DNA of 64,000 nucleotides from Verrucomicrobiales bacterium (GCA_947460575.1 CANHIJ010000001.1:15176-79175), one strand, 5' to 3'. Counted from the first letter of the stretch, positions 9,043 to 18,278 are shown. Numbers and translations: made by a program. Notes: a model not told the origin generated them from the letters alone.

Positions 9043-11031
9043 CTAGAGGATGAAGATGAACTCGTTGGAGTTAAGGAGGGCGTAGAGGATATTTTTGAGG
9101 CCGTCGCGGCCTTTTTTGGCCTCGGGGAGCATGAGGTCCAATTCGGCGGGCGTGGGCGGGCGGCTGAGGATGCAGAGGAAGGCGGCGGCGACTTTTTCCT
9201 CGGGAGTGGCGGCGCCGTCGATGGCTTGGTAGACGACGGCTTTGGAGTCGCCGATGATGGTTTTTTCGACGTGGCCGTTGATGAGGGAGAGGACCTGGGT
9301 GACGTCGGAGTCGGAGGATCCGCCTTCGATGACTTCGCGGCTGCTTTGGCCGAATTTGCGGAGAAAGTGGTCTGGTGGGGTGGGCGAGGGCAGTTCGGCG
9401 GCGCGGAGGAGGGCTTGGTTGTAGCCGGCCCATTTGGCGGGGTCGAGGCTGGCGGTTTTGGTGTCGCCTTCGGCCATCATGGAGGAACTCATGGCGGCGG
9501 GGGCCTCTTTTTGGCCCTTGGCGGAGCTGATTTCGCGGGCGATGCGGTCGACCCAGGCGCTGAGGGTTTTGATGTCGGCGTGTTCGAGTTCCTTCCAAAT
9601 GTCGTAGGCGTTTTGGCCGAGGTTTTTGCCGTAGACGCGGGCGGTGGGGTCGAGGGCGCGGCCCTTGCGGTAGTCGAGGTCGGGGACGACAAGGGTAGCC
9701 ATGGAGTCCCAGACTTGTTCGGCGGACATGCGGCGCACGGCGCGGCCTTGGAAGGCGTAGGGGAGGCGGGGATCGACGGCGTTGGGGTTGGTGCCGAGGG
9801 CGTAGCCGCGGGTATTGAAGAGGACTTTTTGGAAGGCCTTGAGGTCGTAGTTGAGTTCGCGCATGACCCCTTGGAGGTAGGCGAGGAGCTCGGGGTTGCT
9901 GACGAGAGTGCCGGTGGGGTTTTCCTTGTTGGGTTCGACGTATTTGTCGACAGGTTCGAAGAGGCCGATGCCCATGACTTTTTTCCACATGCGGTTGGCG
10001 ATGAGGAGGGTAAAGCGGGGGTTGTCGGAGGCGGTCATCCACTTGGCGAACTTGGCGCGGGCGTCGTCGTTTTCGCGGCGGCCGCTGGATGCTCCGGGAA
10101 AAACCGAGCGGGCCTTGACGACCTCGTCGGGTTTGCCGCCCTTGCCTTTAAAGTCCTTAGGAAGGGTGATTTGGCCGGTGCCGGTGCCGCTGACGCCGAA
10201 GTCGAGGATATTTTCGTTGAGCCAGCGGAAGAGGTCGCGGCGGGCGGGGTCGGTCTCGGCGGTTTTGCCGTTGTATTTTTCGTTGGCGTACTGGGAACGG
10301 GCGTCGCGGTTGCCGGTTTTGAGGCCGTGGGTAAACGCGGACATTTCGTAAAAGTCCAGTTGTTTCCACTTATCGTAGGGATGGTCGTGGCACTGGGCGC
10401 ACTCGATGTGGGTTCCCAAAAAGATGCGGGTGGTGTTGGCCATGTTGTCGAGGGGCATGCCGCGGTCCCGCTCGAAGTAGCCGACGGCGCCCTTGCCGGG
10501 CTCCCAGCCGCCGCCGCTGGTGGTGATCAACTCGTAGGTGAGCTTGTCGTAGGGTTTATTTTGGGCCACGCTTTCGCGGATCCAGCGGAGGTAGGGGATG
10601 CCGCTGCGGGTGCCATCGGTGCCGAGGCTGCTGGTGGCGCGGAGGAGGTCGCAGAGGTAGTTGTACATGTGGCCGACGTAGCCCTCGGAGGCGAGGAGTT
10701 CGTCGACGAGTTTTTCCCGCTTGTCGGGGGCGGAGCTGTCGAGAAAGGCCTTAGCTTCGGCGTAGGTGGGGATGCGGCCGATGGCGTCGAGGTAGAGGCG
10801 GCGCATCCAGCGGGAATCGTCGGCGGGGGGGAGGGGGCGGACGCTTTGCTTTTGGAAGGCGGCGCCGAGGCGCTTGTCGATTTCGAGGGCAGTTTTTTTG
10901 AGCCAGGCGGGGTCGTTGGCAGGGTTGGATTCCTTGCGGCTGAGTTGCGCCGCGGCGGGGCTGAGCAGGGCTAGAGAGGTGGCGGCGCAGCAGGCGGCGC
11001 GGAGGAGGAGGGAAAGGGTGAGCCGGTGCAT
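9043..11031 (-). CDS. DUF1549/DUF1553 domain protein
   Basis: The start was trimmed to the ATG at 11031, which gives the signal peptide 'MHRLTLSLLLRAACCAATSLALLSPAAA'. 'RRLYLDAIGRIPTYAEAKAFL' is DUF1549-like, and 'CAQCHDHPYDKW' plus the DUF1553-like C-terminal half follow. It sits 39 nt upstream of the DUF1501 gene. Confidence 0.85.
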   Translation of the reverse strand: MHRLTLSLLLRAACCAATSLALLSPAAAQLSRKESNPANDPAWLKKTALEIDKRLGAAFQKQSVRPLPPADDSRWMRRLYLDAIGRIPTYAEAKAFLDSSAPDKREKLVDELLASEGYVGHMYNYLCDLLRATSSLGTDGTRSGIPYLRWIRESVAQNKPYDKLTYELITTSGGGWEPGKGAVGYFERDRGMPLDNMANTTRIFLGTHIECAQCHDHPYDKWKQLDFYEMSAFTHGLKTGNRDARSQYANEKYNGKTAETDPARRDLFRWLNENILDFGVSGTGTGQITLPKDFKGKGGKPDEVVKARSVFPGASSGRRENDDARAKFAKWMTASDNPRFTLLIANRMWKKVMGIGLFEPVDKYVEPNKENPTGTLVSNPELLAYLQGVMRELNYDLKAFQKVLFNTRGYALGTNPNAVDPRLPYAFQGRAVRRMSAEQVWDSMATLVVPDLDYRKGRALDPTARVYGKNLGQNAYDIWKELEHADIKTLSAWVDRIAREISSAKGQKEAPAAMSSSMMAEGDTKTASLDPAKWAGYNQALLRAAELPSPTPPDHFLRKFGQSSREVIEGGSSDSDVTQVLSLINGHVEKTIIGDSKAVVYQAIDGAATPEEKVAAAFLCILSRPPTPAELDLMLPEAKKGRDGLKNILYALLNSNEFIFIL

Positions 11032-11333
11032 GGCGTTAGAGAGTGGCAGAGTGGCGCGGAGACAAAAACAACCCACAGTAAGCCACGCATGGGGGCGGCG
11101 CGAGCAAAAAGCCGCTGCGCGCGCCCCCTTAGGGGATCGCCTCAAGTTTTTTATAAAAATCGGCCCGGCTTCCTGCAATTTTAACGGAAGCTGTGTAAAG
11201 TAAAATAAGGGAGGGCGTCTCGGCGCCGGGCCTGGAGGGAAGCTTGCCCTGGCGCGGGAACTGTTGCGCGGGGCGAGGTTTCTGCGAAACTTGCCTGGAG
11301 CCGATCTCTTCCCCATTCCCCCCCCCAAGAAAA

Positions 11334-12011
11334 ATGAAAGTGCTCGTCGTTGAAGATAATGAACCCCTGCGGAAGTCCATTGGACAGCGCCTGCGGGAGA
11401 GCGGTTGCGCCGTCGATGAGACTGGCGACGGCGCGGAGGGCCTGTGGCTGGCCACGGAAAACCGCTACGCGCTGGCGATCTTAGATTTGATGCTGCCGAA
11501 TTTAGACGGGGTGGAATTGCTGCAGAAAATGCGGGCCCGCAACACGGACACCAGCGTCTTGATCATTACGGCGCGGGATGCGGTGGGCGACCGGGTGAGC
11601 GGTTTGGATGCGGGGGCCGACGACTATTTGGTGAAGCCCTTTTCGTTGGACGAGTTGATGGCGCGGGTGCGGGCCTTGCTGCGGCGGACCCACAACGTGA
11701 AGGATCCGGTGATCCGGGTGGGCGACTTGGAGATCGACACTAATCGGAAGTCGGCGTCGCGGGGGGGCGAAGCGCTGGACCTGACGGCGCGGGAGTATTC
11801 GCTGATTGAGTTGCTGGCGATGCGGAGCGGGGAAGTGGTGAGCCGGGCCGAGATCTGGGAGCAGCTGTACGATTTCAACCAGGATCCGGAGAGCAATGTG
11901 GTCGATGTGTTCATCGCCTACCTGCGGCGAAAAATTGAGCGGGAGGACAAGCCGAAGTTGATTCACACCCGCCGGGGCATGGGGTATATCCTCGAGGAGC
12001 GGGCGGCCTGA
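11334..12011 (+). CDS. OmpR/PhoB-family response regulator
   Basis: The receiver domain is 'MKVLVVEDNEPL...LAILDLMLPNLDG...DDYLVKPF'. The winged-helix output is 'LTAREYSLIELLA...TRRGMGYIL'. The start was trimmed to the ATG at 11334. Confidence 0.9.
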   Translation: MKVLVVEDNEPLRKSIGQRLRESGCAVDETGDGAEGLWLATENRYALAILDLMLPNLDGVELLQKMRARNTDTSVLIITARDAVGDRVSGLDAGADDYLVKPFSLDELMARVRALLRRTHNVKDPVIRVGDLEIDTNRKSASRGGEALDLTAREYSLIELLAMRSGEVVSRAEIWEQLYDFNQDPESNVVDVFIAYLRRKIEREDKPKLIHTRRGMGYILEERAA

Positions 12012-12028
12012 GACGGCGCCCTTGGTCC

Positions 12029-13489
12029 ATGAAGCTCCAGCCGAAGTCACTGCAAAGCCGCCTTTTGCTGGGCCTGTTTGCCAGCTTGGCGCTGACCTTG
12101 GGGCTGGGCGGCCTGCTGGTTTACCGGGTGGTGGACAGGCATTTGCGGGAGGAATTTGACTTCGCGCTGGAAGAAAAGCTGCGCTTTTACGCCACCACGC
12201 TGGCGATTCGGGGGGGGATTCCGAAGTGGAAGATGGGGCAGGCGGAGTGGGCGCGGGTGAGCGACCCGGCCAACCCGGACTACGTGGAATTCTGGTTTTT
12301 GCCGCAGGGTCGCTTCATTTCGCGCTCCCCGGGGCTGAAGGGGAGCGACCTCCCGCGGGTGGCGCTGGTGGGGGACCAGCCGGTGTTTTCCGACCTGGTG
12401 CTTTTTGGGAACACGGCGGTGCGCATGGTGTCGCAGCAGGTGATTCCGGCGCAGGACGCGGCGGAGGCGCCCATTCCGGTGCAAATTGCCATCGCGCGCC
12501 ACACCGCTTCGCTGGAGGCCGCGCTGCAGAAAGTGGGGTGGTTTTTGGTGAAGACGGCGGCCTTGACGGTGGGGGCCTTGATGTTGGCGGCGCGCTGGAT
12601 TATCCGGCGGGGGGTGCGACCGGTGGCGGCGCTGGCGGGGCAGATTGAGGCCATGCCGCTGGTGGACAGCGCGGCGCGCTTTGGCCTGCCCGGGGCTCCG
12701 AGCGAATTGCAGCCGGTGGTGGGGCGATTGAATGCGCTGATGGACCGCGTCGGGGCCGCCATTGAGCACGAGCGGATGTTTACTTCCAATGCCGCGCACG
12801 AACTGCGCAATCCGCTGGCGGCGATCCGCAGCCGGGTGGAATTGGCGCTGAGTCGGAGCCGCAGCGCGGAGGAATACGAGGAGACTTTGGAGGGCATCCT
12901 GGAGTCGCAGGGCGGGATGCAGCGGGTAGTGGATCACCTGCTGTTGCTGGCGCGCCTGGAAAGCGGGCACCAAGTCAGCGAGTTTGCCCAGGAGGCGGTC
13001 TCGCTGCCGAAGTTGCTGCGCAAGGCTTGGCGGCCGGTGTTTGAGCGCGCGGGGCAGCGCCAACTCAAAGTGACTTGGCAGGTGGCGGAGCCGGAGGCGG
13101 ACCTGGTGTTGGCGGCGGCCCTGATTGAAATTGTGCTGCGCAACCTTTTCGACAACGCGGTGGCCTACACCCCAGTGGGCGGGCACATCGCCATCTCCGC
13201 GGCCCAGGAGGGCTGCCGCTGGCGCATCGCTGTGGCCAACAGCAATCCCGGCTTGGCGCAGGGGGATTTGGAGCGCACTTTTTCGCCCTTTTGGCGCTCC
13301 GATCCCAACGTGGGGGGCCACCGGGGCAATGCCGGGATTGGGCTGGCCTTGGTGCGCCGCATCGTGGACACCGTGGGAGGGCGCATTTCCGCGCGCTTGG
13401 AGGCGGGGATGGTGATCTACGAGCTGGTTGTCGAGGGCCAGCCGACCGCCCCGGCGGCCGAGTCGATAGCTGGCGCAGTCCGCGTTTGA
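12029..13489 (+). CDS. sensor histidine kinase (two TM segments, HAMP, HisKA, HATPase_c)
   Basis: It has the H-box 'FTSNAAHELRNPLAAI', the N-box 'NLFDNAVAYTP' and the G-box 'GIGLALVRRIV'. It lies 17 nt downstream of the response regulator. Confidence 0.9.
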   Translation: MKLQPKSLQSRLLLGLFASLALTLGLGGLLVYRVVDRHLREEFDFALEEKLRFYATTLAIRGGIPKWKMGQAEWARVSDPANPDYVEFWFLPQGRFISRSPGLKGSDLPRVALVGDQPVFSDLVLFGNTAVRMVSQQVIPAQDAAEAPIPVQIAIARHTASLEAALQKVGWFLVKTAALTVGALMLAARWIIRRGVRPVAALAGQIEAMPLVDSAARFGLPGAPSELQPVVGRLNALMDRVGAAIEHERMFTSNAAHELRNPLAAIRSRVELALSRSRSAEEYEETLEGILESQGGMQRVVDHLLLLARLESGHQVSEFAQEAVSLPKLLRKAWRPVFERAGQRQLKVTWQVAEPEADLVLAAALIEIVLRNLFDNAVAYTPVGGHIAISAAQEGCRWRIAVANSNPGLAQGDLERTFSPFWRSDPNVGGHRGNAGIGLALVRRIVDTVGGRISARLEAGMVIYELVVEGQPTAPAAESIAGAVRV

Positions 13490-13568
13490 TTTTCCGCGCC
13501 ATCCCCTGCAACTTTCGCGTGCCGACGGCGAATCTTAAATCTGGCGGCGCCTTCTCTTCAACATCCCC

Positions 13569-14315
13569 ATGAAATTCTCCCAGATGCTTCCCTGCGCCGC
13601 GCTCATGCTCGGCGGTTTCTTTTGCGGACCCCTTCGCGCCCAGGACAAAGCGGCGCCGTCGGCGTCGCTGGCGGACCCGTCCAAGCTGACGGAAAAGGCC
13701 CCAGAGAATTTTAAGGTGAAATTTGTCACCACGAAGGGCGATTTCACCCTGCAGTTGGGGCGCTCGCTGAGCCCGAATGGGGCGGATCGCTTTTTCAACT
13801 TGGTGAAGGCTGGTTACTTCAAGGACATCGCTTTTTTCCGGGTGATTCCGGGCTTCATGGGGCAGTTCGGCATTCACGGGGACCCGGTGATTGCGGCGGC
13901 TTGGCGCAGCGCCAACATTCCCGATGACGCCGTCAAGGGCAGCAATATCCGCGGGGCCATCACCTTCGCCAAGTCCGGGGCGCCGAACAGCCGGAGCACC
14001 CAGTTTTTCATCAACCTGGCGGACAACCCGAACTTGGACGGCATGGGTTTTTCGCCCTTCGGCAAGGTGGTCGAGGGCATGGACGTGGTCGACAAACTGA
14101 ACGGCGAGTACGGCGAGGGCGCCCCAAGTGGCCGCGGCCCCAACCAAATGAAAGTGCAGTCCGAGGGCAACGCCTACCTCAAAGCCGAGTTCCCGCGCCT
14201 GGACTACATCAAGTCCGCCACCCTGCTCACCGCTGAGGCCTCCAAGGCGGAGGCTGCGCCGAAGGCCGAAGCCGCCCCCAAGCCCGAAGCCGCTCCCAAG
14301 GCAGCGACCAAATAA
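13569..14315 (+). CDS. secreted cyclophilin-type peptidyl-prolyl isomerase with Ala/Pro/Lys-rich repeat tail
   Basis: It has a signal peptide and the cyclophilin motifs 'FFRVIPGFMGQFG', 'GAITFAKSGAPNSRSTQFFINL' and 'FGKVVEGMDVVDKL'. The C-terminal tail is 'AEAAPKAEAAPKPEAAPKAATK'. Confidence 0.9.
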   Translation: MKFSQMLPCAALMLGGFFCGPLRAQDKAAPSASLADPSKLTEKAPENFKVKFVTTKGDFTLQLGRSLSPNGADRFFNLVKAGYFKDIAFFRVIPGFMGQFGIHGDPVIAAAWRSANIPDDAVKGSNIRGAITFAKSGAPNSRSTQFFINLADNPNLDGMGFSPFGKVVEGMDVVDKLNGEYGEGAPSGRGPNQMKVQSEGNAYLKAEFPRLDYIKSATLLTAEASKAEAAPKAEAAPKPEAAPKAATK

Positions 14316-14352
14316 ATCGGCCGCAAAGCCTAGCTGAACCTAACTTTTTATC

Positions 14353-14853
14353 ATGACAGACATCCGCATTATCCTCCACACCGACAAGGGCGACATCGAA
14401 GCCACCCTCTTTGCCTCCCAGACACCGATGACGGTGGCCAACTATCTGAATTTGGCGAAAAAGGACTATTACAACAACATCCAATTTCACCGGGTGATTC
14501 CGAAGTTCATGATCCAGGGGGGCGACCCCACGGGCACGGGCAGCGGCGGCCCGGGCTACAAATTTGGCGACGAATTTGTCCCCGGCCTCAAGCACGACAA
14601 GGCGGGGATTTTCTCCATGGCCAACGCCGGTCCCGGCACCAACGGGAGCCAGTTCTTCATCACCCACTTGCCGACGCCCCACCTCGACGGCCGCCACACC
14701 GTTTTTGGGGCGGTCACCAAGGGCCAGGACGTGGTCGACGCGATCCGCCAGGGCGATCGAATTCAGTCCGTCGAGGTCCTCGATGCCACGGACGATCTCT
14801 TTGCGGCCCAGGCCACCAACTTGACCAAGTGGAACGCCGCCTACAAGCGCTAG
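14353..14853 (+). CDS. ppiB: cytoplasmic cyclophilin-type peptidyl-prolyl isomerase
   Basis: Motifs present are '[31 protein letters not shown]', '[18 protein letters not shown]' and '[17 protein letters not shown]'. Confidence 0.9.
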   Translation: MTDIRIILHTDKGDIEATLFASQTPMTVANYLNLAKKDYYNNIQFHRVIPKFMIQGGDPTGTGSGGPGYKFGDEFVPGLKHDKAGIFSMANAGPGTNGSQFFITHLPTPHLDGRHTVFGAVTKGQDVVDAIRQGDRIQSVEVLDATDDLFAAQATNLTKWNAAYKR

Positions 14854-14869
14854 GCTAGTTTGGCTTTCG

Positions 14870-14905
14870 AAAAACGCCGACCGGTGCGCTGGTCGGCGTT
14901 TTTTT
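14870..14905. terminator. bidirectional rho-independent terminator between convergent ppiB and coaC
   Basis: The stem is 'cgccgacc' (14875-14882) / 'ggtcggcg' (14891-14898). It is flanked by A5 upstream and T7 downstream, so it works on both strands. Confidence 0.8.
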
Positions 14906-14936
14906 GCGGGCGGTCGGCGGGGGCCGGGACGGGCCG

Positions 14937-15494
14937 CTAGGCGGAGGAGTTGGGGGCAGCGGCGAGGATTTCGAGGGCGCGGTCGGCGATGCCTTCGACC
15001 GGCCAGAGGCGGCCGAGGCCTTCATAGCCACAGGCGAGGAGGCCGTTTTCGGGGCCGATGAAATGGTGGCCCCAGGCGGCGAGGGTGGCGGCGTTGCGGG
15101 CGGTGGCAGGGTGGCTCCACATTTTTCCGTTCATGGCGGGCGCGTGGAGGATGGGGGCGCGGGTCGCCAGGCAGATGGCGCTGAGGGCGTCGTCGGCCAG
15201 GCCGTGGGCGAGTTTGGCTAGGATATTCGCCGTGGCGGGGGCGATGAGGACGAGGTCGGCGCGGTCGGCGAGGTGGATGTGGCCGGGGCGCCAGGATTGT
15301 TTTTCGTCGTAGAGGCCGGTGACGACGGGATTTTGCGTGAGGACTTGGAGGGTGAGGGGGGTGATGAATTCCTGGGCGTCGGCGGTCATGACGGCGGTGA
15401 CGTCGCAGCCGCGCTTGGTGAGGAGGCTGGCGAGGTCGGCGGCTTTGTAGGCGGCGATGGAGCCGGTGATGCCGAGGAGGACGCGGGGTTTCAT
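14937..15494 (-). CDS. coaC: flavoprotein, stand-alone phosphopantothenoylcysteine decarboxylase (CoaC half of CoaBC)
   Basis: The product is 185 aa with 'VLLGITGSIAAYKAADLASLL', 'ADLVLIAPATANILAKLAHGLADD' and 'PAMNGKMW'. No CoaB half follows. Its start overlaps the gmk stop by 4 nt. Confidence 0.8.
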   Translation of the reverse strand: MKPRVLLGITGSIAAYKAADLASLLTKRGCDVTAVMTADAQEFITPLTLQVLTQNPVVTGLYDEKQSWRPGHIHLADRADLVLIAPATANILAKLAHGLADDALSAICLATRAPILHAPAMNGKMWSHPATARNAATLAAWGHHFIGPENGLLACGYEGLGRLWPVEGIADRALEILAAAPNSSA

Positions 15495-16120
15495 GGGGAA
15501 GCGGAAGGTTGCTGGGAGGCTAGATGGAGGCGGGAGCTGCGGTGGCGCTCGGCGGTGAGGACGGCAAGGAAATCGGCGAGGTCGGACTCCTTGGAGTGGC
15601 TGACGATCGTGTAAGCGTAGCGGGGCCAGTGCACCATTTCGTCGAGGGCATTGCGGAGGCGGAGTTGGAGTTCGGCCTCGGTTTCAGAGGAACGGTGGGT
15701 GAGGCGGATGCGGAGGTCGTCGAGGCTGGCGGGGAGGATGAAGACGTCGACGAGGCTGCGGAGAATGGCGGGGTCGGGGCAGGAGCGGAGTTGGGCTGCG
15801 CCTTGGCAGTCGAGGTCCATGATGACGTCCTGACCGGAGGCGAGGCGGGGGAGGACCTCGCTTTTGAGGGTGCCATAGCGGCGGCCGTGGACCTCGGCGT
15901 GCTCGAGGAAGTCGCCGTCAGCGATGCGCTGTTGGAATGCATCCTCGGTGAGGAAAAAGTAGTCGAGGCCGTGGGTTTCGCCAGGGCGCTGGGCGCGGGT
16001 GGTGCAGGAAACGGTGTAGTAGAGGGGCGTGGCCGCGGTCGCGGCGCGGCACACGGTGGTTTTGCCGGAGCCGGAAGGGCCGGAGACGACGCAGAGAATG
16101 CCAGTGCGCTGGAGGGACAT
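15491..16120 (-). CDS. gmk: guanylate kinase
   Basis: It has the P-loop 'VSGPSGSGKTT', 'TTRAQRPGETHGLDYFF' and 'FLEHAEVHGRRYGT'. Confidence 0.9.
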   Translation of the reverse strand: MSLQRTGILCVVSGPSGSGKTTVCRAATAATPLYYTVSCTTRAQRPGETHGLDYFFLTEDAFQQRIADGDFLEHAEVHGRRYGTLKSEVLPRLASGQDVIMDLDCQGAAQLRSCPDPAILRSLVDVFILPASLDDLRIRLTHRSSETEAELQLRLRNALDEMVHWPRYAYTIVSHSKESDLADFLAVLTAERHRSSRLHLASQQPSASP

Positions 16121-16162
16121 GCGGGAAAAGAGGGTAGGGTTTTTTAAAGGGAGAGGGGCGGA

Positions 16163-17041
16163 TTACTCGACATTCTGGACTTGCTCGCGGAGGCGCTCCA
16201 CCTCGGTTTTCCCGGCGACCACGAGGTGCTGGAGGGGGGCGTGGTTGGCTTTGGCGCCCATGGTGTTGAGTTCGCGGTGCATTTCTTGGGTGAGAAAATC
16301 GAGAGGGCGTCCGGAGGGCTGGGGGCTGGCCATGAGGCGGGCGAATTCGGCGAGGTGGCCGTGAAGGCGGGCGATTTCTTCAGAAAGGTCGCAGCGGTCG
16401 GCGAAGAGGGCGATTTCCTTGATGAGGCGCTCGTCGTCGAGGGCGAGGGGAAGGTCGGCTTCCTGAAGGCGGCGGAGCAGGGCGGCGCGGTAAAGGGGGG
16501 CGACGCGGGGGGCTTCGCGGGCGATTTGCTGGAGGAGTTCTTGGAGGGTGGCGAGGCGGGTGGAGAGGTCGGCGTGGAGGTGGGCGCCTTCGCGGAGGCG
16601 GGCTTGTTCCCAGGCGGCGAGGGCCTCGGCGAGGGCACCGTGGGCGAGGGCTTGGAGGGATTCGGGGGAAGGGGCGGCGCGCTCGGATAGGGTAAAAACC
16701 CCGGGGGCCTTGAGGAGAGATTCGGGGGTGAGGGCGAGGGGGCTGCCGAGGGAGGCGCTGAGCTGGGCGAGGGCGGCGGCGTATTCGCTGGCGAGGGCGT
16801 GGTCGACGTGGAGGGAGGCGGAGGCGGGAAGGTCGCTTTCAAAAGTGAAGGAGGCTTGGAGGCGGCCGCGGGAGAGGGCGCCGACGAGGAGTTGGCGCAG
16901 TCCGGGTTCGAGGGGCTGCCAGTCGCGCGGCATGCGGAGTTCGATGTCGGCTTGTTTGCGGTTCACCGAGGACAGCTCCGCCGTGCATCGCCCGCCGGGT
17001 CCGGCGGTTTCGCCTCTTCCAAAACCTGTCATGCTTTTCAT
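16163..17041 (-). CDS. yicC: YicC-family stress-induced protein
   Basis: It has the N-terminal 'MKSMTGFGRGE' and the C-terminal 'RPLDFLTQEMHRELNTMGAKA...VVAGKTEVERLREQVQNVE', both typical of YicC (TIGR00255). Confidence 0.85.
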   Translation of the reverse strand: MKSMTGFGRGETAGPGGRCTAELSSVNRKQADIELRMPRDWQPLEPGLRQLLVGALSRGRLQASFTFESDLPASASLHVDHALASEYAAALAQLSASLGSPLALTPESLLKAPGVFTLSERAAPSPESLQALAHGALAEALAAWEQARLREGAHLHADLSTRLATLQELLQQIAREAPRVAPLYRAALLRRLQEADLPLALDDERLIKEIALFADRCDLSEEIARLHGHLAEFARLMASPQPSGRPLDFLTQEMHRELNTMGAKANHAPLQHLVVAGKTEVERLREQVQNVE

Positions 17042-17120
17042 GCGGGCAATGGTGGCCGGGTGGCGGGGAGGGGCAATGGGGAAGGTCGGGGGAGAGCGAG
17101 GGGTGCCGCTTCGGGAAAAA

Positions 17121-17162
17121 CGGGGATTTGACCTGGAAAACCGGGGAAATGACCTGGTAAAA
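17121..17162. repeat. two tandem 21-bp direct repeats upstream of yicC (candidate regulator site or promoter element)
   Basis: 'cggggatttgacctggaaaac' (17121-17141) and 'cggggaaatgacctggtaaaa' (17142-17162) match at 17 of 21 positions. The second ends in 'tggtaaaat', which resembles an extended -10 on the plus strand. Confidence 0.6.
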
Positions 17163-17525
17163 TGCGCTCCGTCTTGCTCCCGCCTTTGCTCTAGCCGTCA
17201 GGTGAAACTACTTTGCAAGCTCCGCCATCCCCGCCAAAGCCCGTTCCCCCTCCCGCCCACGTCTCCCGGGGCCCCAGCGCAGGAACGACTCTGCGGTCGC
17301 TCGGACCGCAGCGCACACCTCTCAAACAGCCTCAAAAACCACCCTCTCTTCCCGCGGCTCCGGAAGCGTTTCTGCCAGCTTCGTTGCGATCTCTTTTCCT
17401 CCCAAAAACCCCAAAAATCGACCGAAACGCAAGCCGCTATTTCATCCCCCGTCCGCAGCAAAAAAGGCCCCATGGTCGTGTTTTAACTCCCGCCTCTAGG
17501 GTTGGCGACGTGTTCATAATAACAT

Positions 17526-17554
17526 TTGACAGTTCGATTGCAACTTATTATAAT
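17526..17554 (+). promoter_or_regulatory. consensus sigma70-type promoter for the rhodanese gene
   Basis: TTGACA (17526-31), a 17-nt spacer and TATAAT (17549-54) all match the consensus perfectly. The site lies about 90 nt upstream of the ATG at 17643, in an AT-rich stretch. Confidence 0.6.
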
Positions 17555-17642
17555 TATCTCGCATATGGCCTGGGGTTGAAGCTCTTTTCTTGGGGGGGTC
17601 GGAGGGTTTGTATTTTAAGTCAAATTCAACACATTTGATTCT

Positions 17643-18266
17643 ATGAAAAAGATAAATAGGAAGTTGAGCATCGCGGCGGTTTCGCTCATGGCGCTGGTTG
17701 GCAATGAGGGATTCGCGCAGACCGCGAACTATCCCAAGGCCAAAGTCAGCTTCGCGGACTTCAAGGGGCTGGTTGCGGAGGTTGAAATCCAGCGCGCCAA
17801 TCGCCTCATCGACCTCAATACATTCCTCAAGATGAGCCAGGAGGAGGGAGTCATCCTTTTTGATTCTCGTTCGGACTTCCGTTTCGACCGCATTCACCTT
17901 AAAGGCGCAAAACACTTAGCTTTTACCGACTTTACTCAAGACAACCTCAAGAAAGTCATTCCCAATCCCGAGACCAAGATTTTGATCTACTGCAACAACA
18001 ATTTCGACGGCAACCAGAGGGACTTTGCCACCAAAGCTTTGGTGCGGTTTCCGGAGGCGGGCAAGGCGGTGGAAACTCAACTCGCCGCCCAATCCAAGCC
18101 GCTCATGATGGCCTTAAACATTCCCACTTATATCCATTTATATGGATACGGCTATCGCAACGTTTACGAACTGGACGAACTGGTCAAAGTGAAGGATCCC
18201 AGAATTACCTTTGAAGGATCTGTGGTAGAACCGAAGGCGCCTCACCTGCCGCCAACTGGGAAATGA
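17643..18266 (+). CDS. secreted rhodanese-like domain protein
   Basis: It has the signal peptide 'KLSIAAVSLMALVGNEGFAQ'. 'ILFDSRSDFRFDRIHLKGAKHL' and the candidate active-site loop 'ILIYCNNNFDGNQR' follow. The gene is visibly AT-richer than its surroundings. Confidence 0.7.
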   Translation: MKKINRKLSIAAVSLMALVGNEGFAQTANYPKAKVSFADFKGLVAEVEIQRANRLIDLNTFLKMSQEEGVILFDSRSDFRFDRIHLKGAKHLAFTDFTQDNLKKVIPNPETKILIYCNNNFDGNQRDFATKALVRFPEAGKAVETQLAAQSKPLMMALNIPTYIHLYGYGYRNVYELDELVKVKDPRITFEGSVVEPKAPHLPPTGK

Positions 18267-18278
18267 TTTTCAACTCAC

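Noticed and set aside
8992-10974. 660-aa plus-strand ORF antisense to the DUF1549/1553 gene
   Set aside because: Its composition is extreme (G/A/V/E/D runs such as 'GGAVDGLVDDGFGVADDGFFDVAVDEGEDLGDVGVGG'). That is typical of the antisense frame of a high-GC gene, while the opposite strand carries unmistakable family motifs.
12047-13321. 424-aa minus-strand ORF over the histidine kinase gene (also 13065-14147 over the cyclophilin gene)
   Set aside because: These are R/P/Q/H-rich shadow ORFs. The plus strand has H-, N- and G-boxes and cyclophilin motifs.
14230-14315. The 'AEAAPKAEAAPKPEAAPKAATK' tail of the secreted cyclophilin as a separate feature
   Set aside because: It is a short low-complexity linker-like tail within a confident CDS, with no independent evidence of function.
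16144-16842. 232-aa P/S/T/A-rich minus-strand ORF overlapping yicC in another frame (also the 16548-17486 plus-strand ORF)
   Set aside because: These are proline/serine low complexity. The yicC frame has conserved N- and C-terminal YicC motifs.
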